A DNA stretch of 44,158 nucleotides from Alphaproteobacteria bacterium UBA3760. Lineage in GTDB: Bacteria > Pseudomonadota > Alphaproteobacteria > Rs-D84. The stretch's first letter is position 1; each line of letters starts with the position of its first letter. The position numbers were made by a program, and so were the translations under genes. The notes under the pieces were generated by a model, which saw only the letters and a program-made list of their open reading frames with translations, searched no databases and was not told the DNA's origin. The stretch covers positions 93,888 to 138,045 of the forward strand of contig DFGC01000005.1 of the NCBI GenBank assembly GCA_002371155.1, written 5' to 3'. This document shows positions 10,312 through 19,777 of this stretch, one piece after another.

Positions 10312-11463
10312 ATGAAAATTAAATATTTTGGTTTGGTCGTTGCGTTGGGTTCGTTTGTCGCGTTGGGCGCAAATGCCGGTTCGCGCAGCAGTATGTATTC
10401 CAGCATCGATATGCAAAATTCTGATGGAAACACAATCAGAATAAATCGCAGTGCATCACAATCGTATGATGATTATCCACAAACACGCACGGTGCGTCGT
10501 TCGTATAATAATTCGGGTGCAACACAAACGCGCACATATCAACGGGCGGAACCTGCGTATGTTTCCAAAACAACATATAAATCGGGGTCAACATATAAAA
10601 AATCGGCTATGCGGAAATATTTTATCGCAAATCCGTTCTATCAACCATTAAAGGGTCAATTTGGTTCGGTCACAACCGGTGAATATATGCAGGGAACATA
10701 TAAATTTGCCGATGTCGACAGAACTTTGACAGAATGGTCATTAAAAGAAGATTTCAGTTATGGATTGACTGACCGTATCGCGTTGCAGGCAATGGCAAAA
10801 TATAACTGGGACGAATTGGTGTGGAAAAATTCAGCCGGAGATAAAGATGTTTATAAAAACGATGATTTGAATCTGTATGGTTTGGGTATCCAGGGGCGCA
10901 TTGTTGATACAAATGAATGGATTTCAACTTTGTCTGGATATTATGAACATCAAAAACATGGCGTCGATTATTTTATTGCTGATTTAAAGGCGGGCTATAA
11001 AGTTGCAACATCAACAATTTATGGTTTGGGACGCGCGTGGATTGTTGACATGGAAGGTGATATCTATGGCGACTATATGGAAAATACAGATACCATGGAA
11101 TGGGGCATTGTTAAATATGGTGATGCCGATAAAACATTGTTTATGGCGGAATTGGGTGCCGGTGTTTGGACCGTATTGGCCGAAGATTGGACATTAAATG
11201 TCGAAGGTTTGTATGGATTCTATGATTGGCATAACCAATTATCTATCAAGGGCGCATTTGGATGGCAACCAAACGATTGGTTTGCATTGAATTTGTATGC
11301 GAAAACATCTTTGTATGATTCGGCGGATGGCAAAAATTTAGACATTTATGCGGGCAATTTGCCGATGACTGCGGAAAATATGGCGGCAATGGGAACTGGT
11401 CGTGTTGAATTGTCAAAGCCACGCGAATGGTCAATTGGTTTGCAAGTAATGTTCCAATTCTAA
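10312..11463 (+). CDS. Putative outer-membrane beta-barrel protein
   Basis: AAGGAG RBS, signal peptide, alternating aromatic beta-strands, C-terminal LQVMFQF. Confidence 0.75.
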   Translation: MKIKYFGLVVALGSFVALGANAGSRSSMYSSIDMQNSDGNTIRINRSASQSYDDYPQTRTVRRSYNNSGATQTRTYQRAEPAYVSKTTYKSGSTYKKSAMRKYFIANPFYQPLKGQFGSVTTGEYMQGTYKFADVDRTLTEWSLKEDFSYGLTDRIALQAMAKYNWDELVWKNSAGDKDVYKNDDLNLYGLGIQGRIVDTNEWISTLSGYYEHQKHGVDYFIADLKAGYKVATSTIYGLGRAWIVDMEGDIYGDYMENTDTMEWGIVKYGDADKTLFMAELGAGVWTVLAEDWTLNVEGLYGFYDWHNQLSIKGAFGWQPNDWFALNLYAKTSLYDSADGKNLDIYAGNLPMTAENMAAMGTGRVELSKPREWSIGLQVMFQF

Positions 11464-11482
11464 ATAAAATCGGTGGTGTAAT

Positions 11483-12211
11483 ATGAAAAAGTTTTTGTTT
11501 GGATTGGTTGGAATCGTTATTGCATGTGGTTCGGCGTATGCAGTGGACACAGATTATTTGAAAAAGGATACATCTGATCCATTGTATATGTTGGAACGCG
11601 ATCATTTCTTGTCGGTCAGTGATATCGAATATGGAAATGATATTTTGCGTCTGGGCCAGGCGTTTACATATGGTGCGAATGACCGGTTTTCGGTGAATGC
11701 AAATGTGCATTATCAATTTGATTTTGTGCGTTCGCGCAAAGAACGCGGTTTTTCCAGTATTGAATTGGGTGGTGTGTATCGTGCTGGATTACCGGAATAT
11801 AATTCTGCGCGTGTGACAACTGATTTATTATTCGGATTGAAATTTGCGGGCAATCGTCATGTGCGTGAACCAGATTTTGCAAAATCGACATATTTTGCCG
11901 GGTTGCGTGTGGGTCGTCAATGGGCGGGAATTTCGTTGTCTGGGACGGTAAAATCAACATGGATTTTTGATGATACACGTGGTATGAGTTATATCGATTT
12001 TATCCCAGAAGTTTATTTCCGTTTGGTTGATGATTGGCGTTTGGGTGTTGGCGCGGATATTCGTGTTGCGACAAATCCTGATTTTGACCGTGAATGGTTA
12101 AAGGCTAAATTGGCGCGCCAATATGGACGCACGCAATACGGTGCAAAATATTCATGGGAATGTGAACGCGAAGAATCGACCGTTGGGTTATATTTGAATA
12201 TATTATTCTAA
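11483..12211 (+). CDS. Putative outer-membrane beta-barrel protein, likely paralog of upstream gene
   Basis: Signal peptide, amphipathic strands, C-terminal LYLNILF. Confidence 0.75.
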   Translation: MKKFLFGLVGIVIACGSAYAVDTDYLKKDTSDPLYMLERDHFLSVSDIEYGNDILRLGQAFTYGANDRFSVNANVHYQFDFVRSRKERGFSSIELGGVYRAGLPEYNSARVTTDLLFGLKFAGNRHVREPDFAKSTYFAGLRVGRQWAGISLSGTVKSTWIFDDTRGMSYIDFIPEVYFRLVDDWRLGVGADIRVATNPDFDREWLKAKLARQYGRTQYGAKYSWECEREESTVGLYLNILF

Positions 12212-12248
12212 AAAAAATAAAGGTGCCAAATGGCACCTTTTATTTTTT
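12212..12248. terminator. Bidirectional terminator
   Basis: A-run-AAAGGTGCC AAAT GGCACCTTT-T-run between convergent genes. Confidence 0.8.
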
Positions 12249-13523
12249 ATCATTGTTTATTTTTTCACGCAAACCGTTCCAGTAATCCAATCGCTTTTTT
12301 ATTTCGCGTTCAAATCCGCGTTCGACGGGTGTGTAAAATGTTTGTCGTTGCATGTTTTCGGGAAAACAATTTTGACCCGAAAATCCCAATGGGGTGTCTG
12401 GTTCATAAATGTATCCCGCACCGTATCCCATGTTTTTCATCATTTTTGTTGGTGCGTTCAAAATATTTTTTGGCGGGGGCAGGCTGCCCGTTTTTTGTGC
12501 GGCGGCATATGACGCGTGAATTGCGCGGTCGCATGCGTTGCTTTTTGGTGCCGTTCCCAAATATACAACTAATTGAGTCATGGCGATGTCGCCTTCGGGA
12601 CTGCCCAATCGTTCGTATGCGTTCCATGCGGCGATTGCCATTTGTATTGCGTTTGGGTCCGCCAATCCGACATCTTCGATTGCGAATCGGGTCAGACGGC
12701 GAAATATGTATTTGGGGTCTTGGCCCGATGTCATCATGCGGGCGACCCAATATAATGCCGCGTCTGTATCAGATGCGCGCAGTGATTTGTGCACCGCGGA
12801 TATTAAATTATAATGTTCGTCGCCGGTTTTATCGGATAATGGTGCGCGTTTTTGGATTGCGTTGTCCAATTCATCGGGTGTTAAATCATGCTTGAAATTT
12901 GCATTTGCCAGATATTCAATCGTGTTCAATAAAAATCGTGCATCGCCATCAGACATTTGTGCCAAATGAATTTTTGCATCGCGTGACAGTGGTAATTTTT
13001 TACCTAAAAATTTTTCTGCGCGTGTTATTAAAATCATTAAATCGTCCGTATCCAGTGCGGTTAAAACCCCAATGTGGCATCGCGACAGCAATGCGTTGTT
13101 CAAATTAAAACTGGGGTTTTCGGTTGTTGCGCCGATAAATACGACGGTGCCATCTTCTAAATACGGCAACAGTGTATCTTGTTGGGTTTTATTAAAACGG
13201 TGGATTTCGTCGATAAACAGTAATGTGTTGCGTCCAATTTCGCGATTCATACGTGCGGCATCCATCGCCTTTTTTATATCCGCAGAACCAGAAAACACCG
13301 CGGACATTGGAACAAAATCCATGTCAACGGTATTTGCCAATGCGCGTGCGATTGTGGTTTTGCCGCATCCCGGTGGACCCCATAAAATCAAATTTGATAA
13401 CTTGTTGTTGTCAACCATACGGCGGACCAGTCCGTTTTCACCCAGTAAATTTTTTTGCCCGACAATATCATCGATTGTTGATGGGCGCATTAAATCAGCC
13501 AAAGGTCTGGATTCGTTTTTCAT
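12240..13523 (-). CDS. rarA: Replication-associated recombination protein A (RarA/MgsA)
   Basis: PLADLMRP, GPPGCGKT, DEIHRFNK, GATTENP, EDVGLAD, APKSNA. Confidence 0.96.
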   Translation of the reverse strand: MKNESRPLADLMRPSTIDDIVGQKNLLGENGLVRRMVDNNKLSNLILWGPPGCGKTTIARALANTVDMDFVPMSAVFSGSADIKKAMDAARMNREIGRNTLLFIDEIHRFNKTQQDTLLPYLEDGTVVFIGATTENPSFNLNNALLSRCHIGVLTALDTDDLMILITRAEKFLGKKLPLSRDAKIHLAQMSDGDARFLLNTIEYLANANFKHDLTPDELDNAIQKRAPLSDKTGDEHYNLISAVHKSLRASDTDAALYWVARMMTSGQDPKYIFRRLTRFAIEDVGLADPNAIQMAIAAWNAYERLGSPEGDIAMTQLVVYLGTAPKSNACDRAIHASYAAAQKTGSLPPPKNILNAPTKMMKNMGYGAGYIYEPDTPLGFSGQNCFPENMQRQTFYTPVERGFEREIKKRLDYWNGLREKINNDKK

Positions 13524-13595
13524 TTTATTTTTACTTTGATTTTACTTGTTGTTTATTTGTGGTATAATTGTAGAGAATAAAAGGTATTTTTGCAA

Positions 13596-13961
13596 ATGGT
13601 AAATAATAATTTGAAAAACAGTGATTTTACTTTGGCGGTTGCAAATTTGGCGGCGGCGGCTATGGCGAATAATCCAAATTTATCTATGACCGATGCGGTA
13701 AATGCGGCGCGTGCAACATTGCGTGGAACGGTTGTGTCGCCACAACAAATCGCGGAATCGGTGCAACCTGATAAAATTCAATGTTTAGAGGATGGCACAT
13801 GGCATGTTATGTTGCGGCGATATTTGCGGCGGCGGTTTAATATGAGCCCGGAACAATATCGTGCCAAGTGGGATTTGCCCGATGATTATCCATTTGTTGC
13901 GCCGAACTATGCGCGCACGCGGTCAAAAATCGCAAAAAAATCGGGTTTGGGCAAAAAATAA
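13596..13961 (+). CDS. mucR: Ros/MucR family nucleoid-associated regulator
   Basis: IQCLEDG..MLRRYL..MSPEQYRAKWDLPDDYPFVAPNY..RS.IAKKSGLG; TATAAT upstream; alternative TTG start 13590. Confidence 0.9.
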   Translation: MVNNNLKNSDFTLAVANLAAAAMANNPNLSMTDAVNAARATLRGTVVSPQQIAESVQPDKIQCLEDGTWHVMLRRYLRRRFNMSPEQYRAKWDLPDDYPFVAPNYARTRSKIAKKSGLGKK

Positions 13962-13973
13962 AAAGGGCAATCG

Positions 13974-15692
13974 ATGACAGAAAAATATAGAAAAATTGTG
14001 AATGCGCCACTGAAACGGGTTGGTCGAAAATTCAAGTCGGTTGCAGAATCAACACCGAACACAAAATCAGAACAATTTTTGCGCGCATCTAAATTGGTTG
14101 GATTGGGGTTGTTGGAATTTATTATGTATGCGTTCAAATTTACGGCGTTGGATAACAAGGCTTTGCGTGCGATGGAAAAACAATTTTCCAATATAAATGT
14201 CGATGAAACAGGAAATAATAAAAATAAAATAAAAAAATTTGTGAATAAAAATCCAAATCTGGCGGCGGTTATGGTTTGGTGGGCAATGTTGACAATGCTT
14301 GGTGCAACAGTGTTACCGGGGCGCGATGTGCAACGCGATGATGATAAAAATATAAAAAAAGAAATAAAAATTGAATCTGAAAATAAAAATAATAATTCTA
14401 AGACAATATCGTTTGATGATGCGCGTTTGGATGAAACAAATCTGCGTCAAAAAGAAATAGAAAAAAAATTGGGCAGCCCAATCAAAATGACAAATGCAAA
14501 AGTCATAAAACAGGCGGTAATGGATAATTTTGCGTATATCCAGGCGGTTTTGTTTTCAACGGAAAATTACAGAACAGATTGGTTCAGTGATAATAAATTT
14601 GGTTCAAAAAATACTTTGGGGGTGGGGTTGTATTATTTGCCGGTAAAACCGTATGATTTCAAAAGTGCTGAATGGATATATACAACAACAATGTATAACG
14701 AATATCCAAAATTAAAAAATGGGTTGCCGCGCGGTTTGACCGATGACGAGGTTTATGATGGAATTAATGGGTGGTTTTTCTATATGGATTATGGGTATAA
14801 TTTCAAGTGTATGCAAAATGCGCTGGCGGGGCATAATGTGTCGTTGACACCGCGTGATTTAACGGTAATTTCATCTGTGTTATTTAATTCTGTAAAATGT
14901 GGAAAAAAATTTTGTGAATATATTGTTGCAAATCCAAAAAATCGTATGGCGTGGGCAAAGTATTTGTTGCAAGTTGATGATGATGTAAGCAAAACAAGAT
15001 TGGAAGACTTCCCTGGATTAAGATCACGACGTGTGCATGAAATTTTATTATTGTTGAATATTGATAATTACTGCCAAGATATGTTCGGTGTGCAAATTGA
15101 TGGAAAAAGAGGCACATCGGTGTCGAATGCAAATAATTATTTTGATAAATTGCGTGGTGATTTTTCTAAATCTAATTTAGTAAAGGCGAAAAATGTTATA
15201 TGCAACGGTGTTGTTGCAAATGGTGTCAGTGTGTGTCAATGTGTTGCGCGTTCAAAAAAATATCGTGATGCAGTGTTTGCGTATTGTGCAAATGTCGATA
15301 AATATATGTATGCAAATCTGGACAGACAGAAGATTTATGATGCCGCGTTAAAGGCGTATAAAGGTAAAGATTATAAATCTGCGTTGCGTGGATTCACGCG
15401 TGTTATTGAAATGTCCGGGGTCAGTCCAGATTTGTTTAATGATTTGGCAATCACATATATTCATATTGGGGATTATAAAAAATCAATTGAAATGTCGATG
15501 CGGGCATTGGAAATTTGCAGTGGGGATTATGAATCTGCGGCGTATTTTAATTTAGGGTTGGCGTATGAAAATATTGGTGATATAAATAATGCGTTGAAAA
15601 ATTATATGTCTGCGATGAGGTTGGGCAATAATACCGCAAAATCTAGAGTGTTAAAAATTATGCCAGGAATGCAATTGTTTGGTATCAGATAA
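13974..15692 (+). CDS. Membrane-anchored protein with GH24 lysozyme-like domain and C-terminal TPR repeats
   Basis: Hydrophobic LAAVMVWWAMLTMLGATVL; ENYRTDWFSD..TLGVG and PGLRSRRVHE; TPR-like FNDLAITYIHIGDY, AYFNLGLAYENIGD. Confidence 0.65.
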   Translation: MTEKYRKIVNAPLKRVGRKFKSVAESTPNTKSEQFLRASKLVGLGLLEFIMYAFKFTALDNKALRAMEKQFSNINVDETGNNKNKIKKFVNKNPNLAAVMVWWAMLTMLGATVLPGRDVQRDDDKNIKKEIKIESENKNNNSKTISFDDARLDETNLRQKEIEKKLGSPIKMTNAKVIKQAVMDNFAYIQAVLFSTENYRTDWFSDNKFGSKNTLGVGLYYLPVKPYDFKSAEWIYTTTMYNEYPKLKNGLPRGLTDDEVYDGINGWFFYMDYGYNFKCMQNALAGHNVSLTPRDLTVISSVLFNSVKCGKKFCEYIVANPKNRMAWAKYLLQVDDDVSKTRLEDFPGLRSRRVHEILLLLNIDNYCQDMFGVQIDGKRGTSVSNANNYFDKLRGDFSKSNLVKAKNVICNGVVANGVSVCQCVARSKKYRDAVFAYCANVDKYMYANLDRQKIYDAALKAYKGKDYKSALRGFTRVIEMSGVSPDLFNDLAITYIHIGDYKKSIEMSMRALEICSGDYESAAYFNLGLAYENIGDINNALKNYMSAMRLGNNTAKSRVLKIMPGMQLFGIR

Positions 15693-15718
15693 ATTTTTAT
15701 TATATAAATTTGTGGTGG

Positions 15719-17665
15719 ATGAAAATGAGAGTATATGTAAATTATAATGATAAACGGTGGAAAAAATATAATATCGATTTTGATAAAATCGCAAATGCCG
15801 TCGTTGGTAAAAAATATCAAGATGCCGAGGTTTCAATCACACTGACCGACGATGATGAAATTCATGCAATGAATAAAATGTATCGAAATATGGATAAGCC
15901 AACAAATGTGTTGTCATTTGAATTGGGTGATGATTTATTATTGGGTGATATTTATATTTCATTGGATACGGTTCTGCGTGAGGCTGACGATGCGAATATT
16001 TCTGTGGCGGAACATACGGCGCATATGGTCGTGCACGGTATGTTTCATTTGTTGGGGTATGACCATTTGACCGATAGTCAGGCACGCGTTATGGAATCCA
16101 AAGAAATAAAAGTTCTGAAAAAATTGGGTATAAAAAATCCGTATGCGGATGATGTTGTGCCAAAATTTGCATGGTGGAAATATGTGCTGTGTGCATTGTT
16201 TGGTGGGGTTGCCGCATTTGGGTTTGCGCCGTTTAATATGTGGTGGTTGACCGCGATTGCGTTTGGTGGTGCGTATTGGTTGTTGTGTTCTGATGATACG
16301 CGGGTTCCGTTTTGGTGTGCGTGGTTGCGGGCTGTGCCGTTTGGGGCAATGTATGCAATATCTATGTTTTGGTGGACATTGCATTCGATTTATGTTGTCC
16401 CAGAGTTGACGCGTGAATTTGCAATTTGGACCGTGCCGGGGATTGTTGGAATTGGAATTGTTGGCGCGATTTTCTTTACGATTCCGTTTGTGATAACATC
16501 GTCTATACGCATGAAATCATGCGTAAAGCCGATTTTGTTCGCGTTTTTATGTGTGTGCGTTTTGTGGTTGCGAGAATGGGTTTTTACAGGATTTCCATGG
16601 AATCCAATTTCAAATGTTTTGTTGGCATATCCAATTATTTCTAATTCGATGTCTGTGTTTGGTGCGTTGGGGCTTAGTTTTATTTTTGTTGGTATTATTG
16701 CGTCGATTACTCAAATAATTCATGATAAAAAAAATAAAAATTTAATGTTTGTTTTGTTGTTTTTTATTGTTTTGTTATGTGGCGGGATTTTTGGTGCATA
16801 CAATAATATAAAAGTGTCAAATGTCGGGCAAAATGAATTTGTTGTGCGTATTGTGCAACCTGCAACATCACAACAAAAAAAGATTGCTGTATCGCGTGCG
16901 GACGCATTGAATCGGGCAAAAAATCGCGTTGATGATTTGATAAAATTGGCGGGCGATGTGGGTGCGGTTGATTTGGTTGTGTATCCGGAAACATCATATC
17001 CATTTGTGTTATTACAAAATGATGTATTACCAATCGCCCAGAAATTAAATGTCCCGGTGATAACCGGTGCAACGGTGTATGATAATGGTCGCGTGTATAA
17101 TTCGTTGGTGTTGTCGGATAAAGATGGAAATATATCGGATATTTATAATAAATCACATTTGGTGCCGTTTGGCGAATATGGGCCAATTAAATTTATTCCA
17201 TCGCCGGCGAATTTAACTGCGGGGGACGGGCCGCGTGCGATGATGATTCGGTCGCGTGGTGCGGATGCGTTCCTGTTTGCGCCGGCGGTATGTTATGAAA
17301 TAATTTTTTCTGATGCGGTGGTAAAACAATCCCCAATTCATGCAATTATAAATATTACAAATGATACTTGGTTTGGTAAAACACCAGGAACATATCAACA
17401 TTTGGATATGGTGCGTCGTGCGGCAATCGAATCAGGTGTGCCGGTCATACGCGCAAATTATTCTGGGGTCAGTGCATTTGTTGCGTCTGATGGTAAAATT
17501 ATATCGTCTTTGCCGGTGGGGCAGGTTGGTGTTTTAGATGGCACGGTATATGGCGCGCATATGACAATATATCGATTGCTGGGGCGCGATTGGTGGTTTG
17601 CAATTATTTTGATTGTTTCAATTTTTGCCGGATTTATTGCGTATAGAGCCGATAAAAATAATTAA
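15719..17665 (+). CDS. lnt: Fusion of rRNA maturation RNase YbeY (N-term) and apolipoprotein N-acyltransferase Lnt (C-term)
   Basis: DKPTNVLSF and HGMFHLLGYDH (YbeY); TGFPW, YPE, KSHLVPFGEY, CYEIIF, TNDTWFG (Lnt); one open frame; start could be 15725. Confidence 0.92.
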   Translation: MKMRVYVNYNDKRWKKYNIDFDKIANAVVGKKYQDAEVSITLTDDDEIHAMNKMYRNMDKPTNVLSFELGDDLLLGDIYISLDTVLREADDANISVAEHTAHMVVHGMFHLLGYDHLTDSQARVMESKEIKVLKKLGIKNPYADDVVPKFAWWKYVLCALFGGVAAFGFAPFNMWWLTAIAFGGAYWLLCSDDTRVPFWCAWLRAVPFGAMYAISMFWWTLHSIYVVPELTREFAIWTVPGIVGIGIVGAIFFTIPFVITSSIRMKSCVKPILFAFLCVCVLWLREWVFTGFPWNPISNVLLAYPIISNSMSVFGALGLSFIFVGIIASITQIIHDKKNKNLMFVLLFFIVLLCGGIFGAYNNIKVSNVGQNEFVVRIVQPATSQQKKIAVSRADALNRAKNRVDDLIKLAGDVGAVDLVVYPETSYPFVLLQNDVLPIAQKLNVPVITGATVYDNGRVYNSLVLSDKDGNISDIYNKSHLVPFGEYGPIKFIPSPANLTAGDGPRAMMIRSRGADAFLFAPAVCYEIIFSDAVVKQSPIHAIINITNDTWFGKTPGTYQHLDMVRRAAIESGVPVIRANYSGVSAFVASDGKIISSLPVGQVGVLDGTVYGAHMTIYRLLGRDWWFAIILIVSIFAGFIAYRADKNN

Positions 17666-17868
17666 GATTTTTTGATGTTTTTTAATATCCAAACGCGAAT
17701 CGCCGATGATAAATTCTGATTCGGTGTGCGTGTTTTGTCCAAGTCTGATATTATTGACGCAATCGATTTGTTTTGTGTTTTTGCAATGCGTTGCAATTCA
17801 GATATGAATTCCGGTTCCAGTGAAATACTGGTTTGATGGCCCGATAAAGATACAGATATTTTTTTCAT
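17662..17868 (-). CDS. Ribbon-helix-helix protein (RHH_4 type)
   Basis: KISVSLSGHQTSISLEPEF...NLSSAIRVWIL; ATGA overlap with upstream gene. Confidence 0.88.
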   Translation of the reverse strand: MKKISVSLSGHQTSISLEPEFISELQRIAKTQNKSIASIISDLDKTRTPNQNLSSAIRVWILKNIKKS

Positions 17869-18299
17869 AATTTCCCACCCATTAAACAATCATATAATGC
17901 GCGATACGGGTCGTCGTATTGGCGTAATGGTTTTCCGGTTGTGTTGCTGAGCATAAATGTATTTCCAAATGCGTCGAATGCAAACCAAAACAAATCATTT
18001 CGTGCAAATAATGTTTTGTTTTTTAATGCAGGGATGTTTCTGATTTCTTCGTTTATTTCAATAATGCTGGGGATTGGAAAATTTTTCCCGTTTGGTAATT
18101 CAGATGGCCCAAACACATATCCCGAACCCATGTTTATCCCAGCGGTTTGTGTATATAAACTTATCATAAAATTTGGTAACATGGCACATTTTTTTTGCTG
18201 TAATGATGAATTTGCATATTCTATGGCCCGTGTGTTTGATGGCCCCCATATAAATGCGCCCTTGGATTTTATCGTGGTTAAAAATTCAGATAGATTCAT
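17865..18299 (-). CDS. SMI1/KNR4 (SUKH)-like protein
   Basis: LPNFMISLYTQTAG resembles LPxxYxxFxxxxNG; 144 aa; later FARNDLFWFAFD strand pair. Confidence 0.5.
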   Translation of the reverse strand: MNLSEFLTTIKSKGAFIWGPSNTRAIEYANSSLQQKKCAMLPNFMISLYTQTAGINMGSGYVFGPSELPNGKNFPIPSIIEINEEIRNIPALKNKTLFARNDLFWFAFDAFGNTFMLSNTTGKPLRQYDDPYRALYDCLMGGKL

Positions 18300-18320
18300 G
18301 TTTGTTTCCTGTTTATATTT

Positions 18321-18827
18321 TTATCCCAACGAATTATCGTTTGCGATTTGGGTTGCCATTTGTGCCAATCGGTCAGATGTTGCGTTTCCGCCCGCACCAC
18401 CCGATGCAGTGTGACTGGGGATATATATTGGTTTGGCAGGATTTGGCAGCCATATTGTGTCATTGCCGTATTGTTCCATTATAAATCGGTCCAGTCTGTG
18501 TGAATGCGGAAATGTGCGACATAAAAACATATTTTCAACAGATAATTTGCCACCCATTGTGATTGGTATTCGCCACCGTATAGATGTATTTCGTGGCAAT
18601 GCACGCCCAGTTATTAAATCCATAAATTCATTTTGCGACAGGTTCATAAATGCCAACTCTGTTCCAAAATCGGTTAATGTTTGCATAAATTCATGAATCA
18701 ATTTACGATATGTGGTAAACCAATCGGCGGGCAGTTTTGATTGCGTTGGTGTGTATTCCATAACCGGCATATCGTCCATGCCCAGTTCAGATATTCGTGC
18801 AATTGCCGTCGTTTCAGATATTTTCAT
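18321..18827 (-). CDS. Hypothetical protein with degenerate HNH-like motif
   Basis: SIRWRIPITMGGKLSVENMFLC..PHSH; TAATG overlap with upstream gene. Confidence 0.5.
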   Translation of the reverse strand: MKISETTAIARISELGMDDMPVMEYTPTQSKLPADWFTTYRKLIHEFMQTLTDFGTELAFMNLSQNEFMDLITGRALPRNTSIRWRIPITMGGKLSVENMFLCRTFPHSHRLDRFIMEQYGNDTIWLPNPAKPIYIPSHTASGGAGGNATSDRLAQMATQIANDNSLG

Positions 18828-19735
18828 TATTTATTCCCCAGGTATGTCAAAACCGTTTCAATATATCCGGCAAAGGCATCCATGCTGTTTCCGTCATCGT
18901 CATTGTTATCAGATTCTGGCGTGTTCGGATTTTCAGAAATTGTATCGGATAAAGATTTTAATGAATCAAAATCCAATATTGCATCCACCGCATCGTTGTC
19001 TGATGGATTTATTATAAACGCATTTATGTCGATTTCAATGTCTTGCAATGTTTCATCAAATACAGATTTTAATTCCAACATAACATCCGCCATTTGTTCG
19101 TGTGATATGTTGACTGCGCCAATCCATAATGTTTCGTTTGCACCCAATGCAATCAAAGATATTGGGGTCTTTTTTATTGGTTTGGGGTTGATAACACGAT
19201 AATTTGCGTTCTCGAAAATTTCCCGGATTTCATGCGTATAGAGCGGTTTTTGTTGCTCGGGTTTTTGCGGCTCTTTTTTTTGCATGTTTTGTTTTGGCGC
19301 GGTAAATGCAGCCGATTGAATATGCAAATGTGGTGGTCGAACGAATTTTGGCGCGGTTGATTGTGGGGAAACTTCATTTTTTTGTTCCGTGATGACGGGG
19401 GATGATACCGGCGCAGGCGATTCGTTTTTCATTTCGATTTTTTGTGTTTCGTGTGTTTCGGGCGCATGTTGTATCAGTTTTATTTTTCTGAATCTGGGGC
19501 GGAATATTATATACAGTCCCGATATCCATAATACAATTGCGATGGTGATTGATATATAAAACCCAGTTGCAATCTGGGTGTGGGATGCCTGGATTTCGGC
19601 GATGTATTGCCAATGTGCGTCTGAAAATATGTTAAAGTTGTATATTGTGTTCAGGCAAAAATCCAACCCCAATATTATGGCCAATGACCATAATATCCCC
19701 AATAACATAGAATTTATTTTTTCATGTAATTTCAT
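18827..19735 (-). CDS. Hypothetical membrane protein (2 TM, low-complexity linker, acidic C-terminal domain)
   Basis: Two hydrophobic segments in first 80 aa; TGnTATAAT 8 nt before ATG; heads a 4-gene run. Confidence 0.7.
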   Translation of the reverse strand: MKLHEKINSMLLGILWSLAIILGLDFCLNTIYNFNIFSDAHWQYIAEIQASHTQIATGFYISITIAIVLWISGLYIIFRPRFRKIKLIQHAPETHETQKIEMKNESPAPVSSPVITEQKNEVSPQSTAPKFVRPPHLHIQSAAFTAPKQNMQKKEPQKPEQQKPLYTHEIREIFENANYRVINPKPIKKTPISLIALGANETLWIGAVNISHEQMADVMLELKSVFDETLQDIEIDINAFIINPSDNDAVDAILDFDSLKSLSDTISENPNTPESDNNDDDGNSMDAFAGYIETVLTYLGNK

Positions 19736-19777
19736 TTGTTTTAATTATATCATATTTATGATAAAGTAAAAAGTATT

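Noticed and set aside
13974-15692. Prophage lysis cassette
   Set aside because: No holin, spanin, structural or integrase genes nearby; flanked by housekeeping genes.
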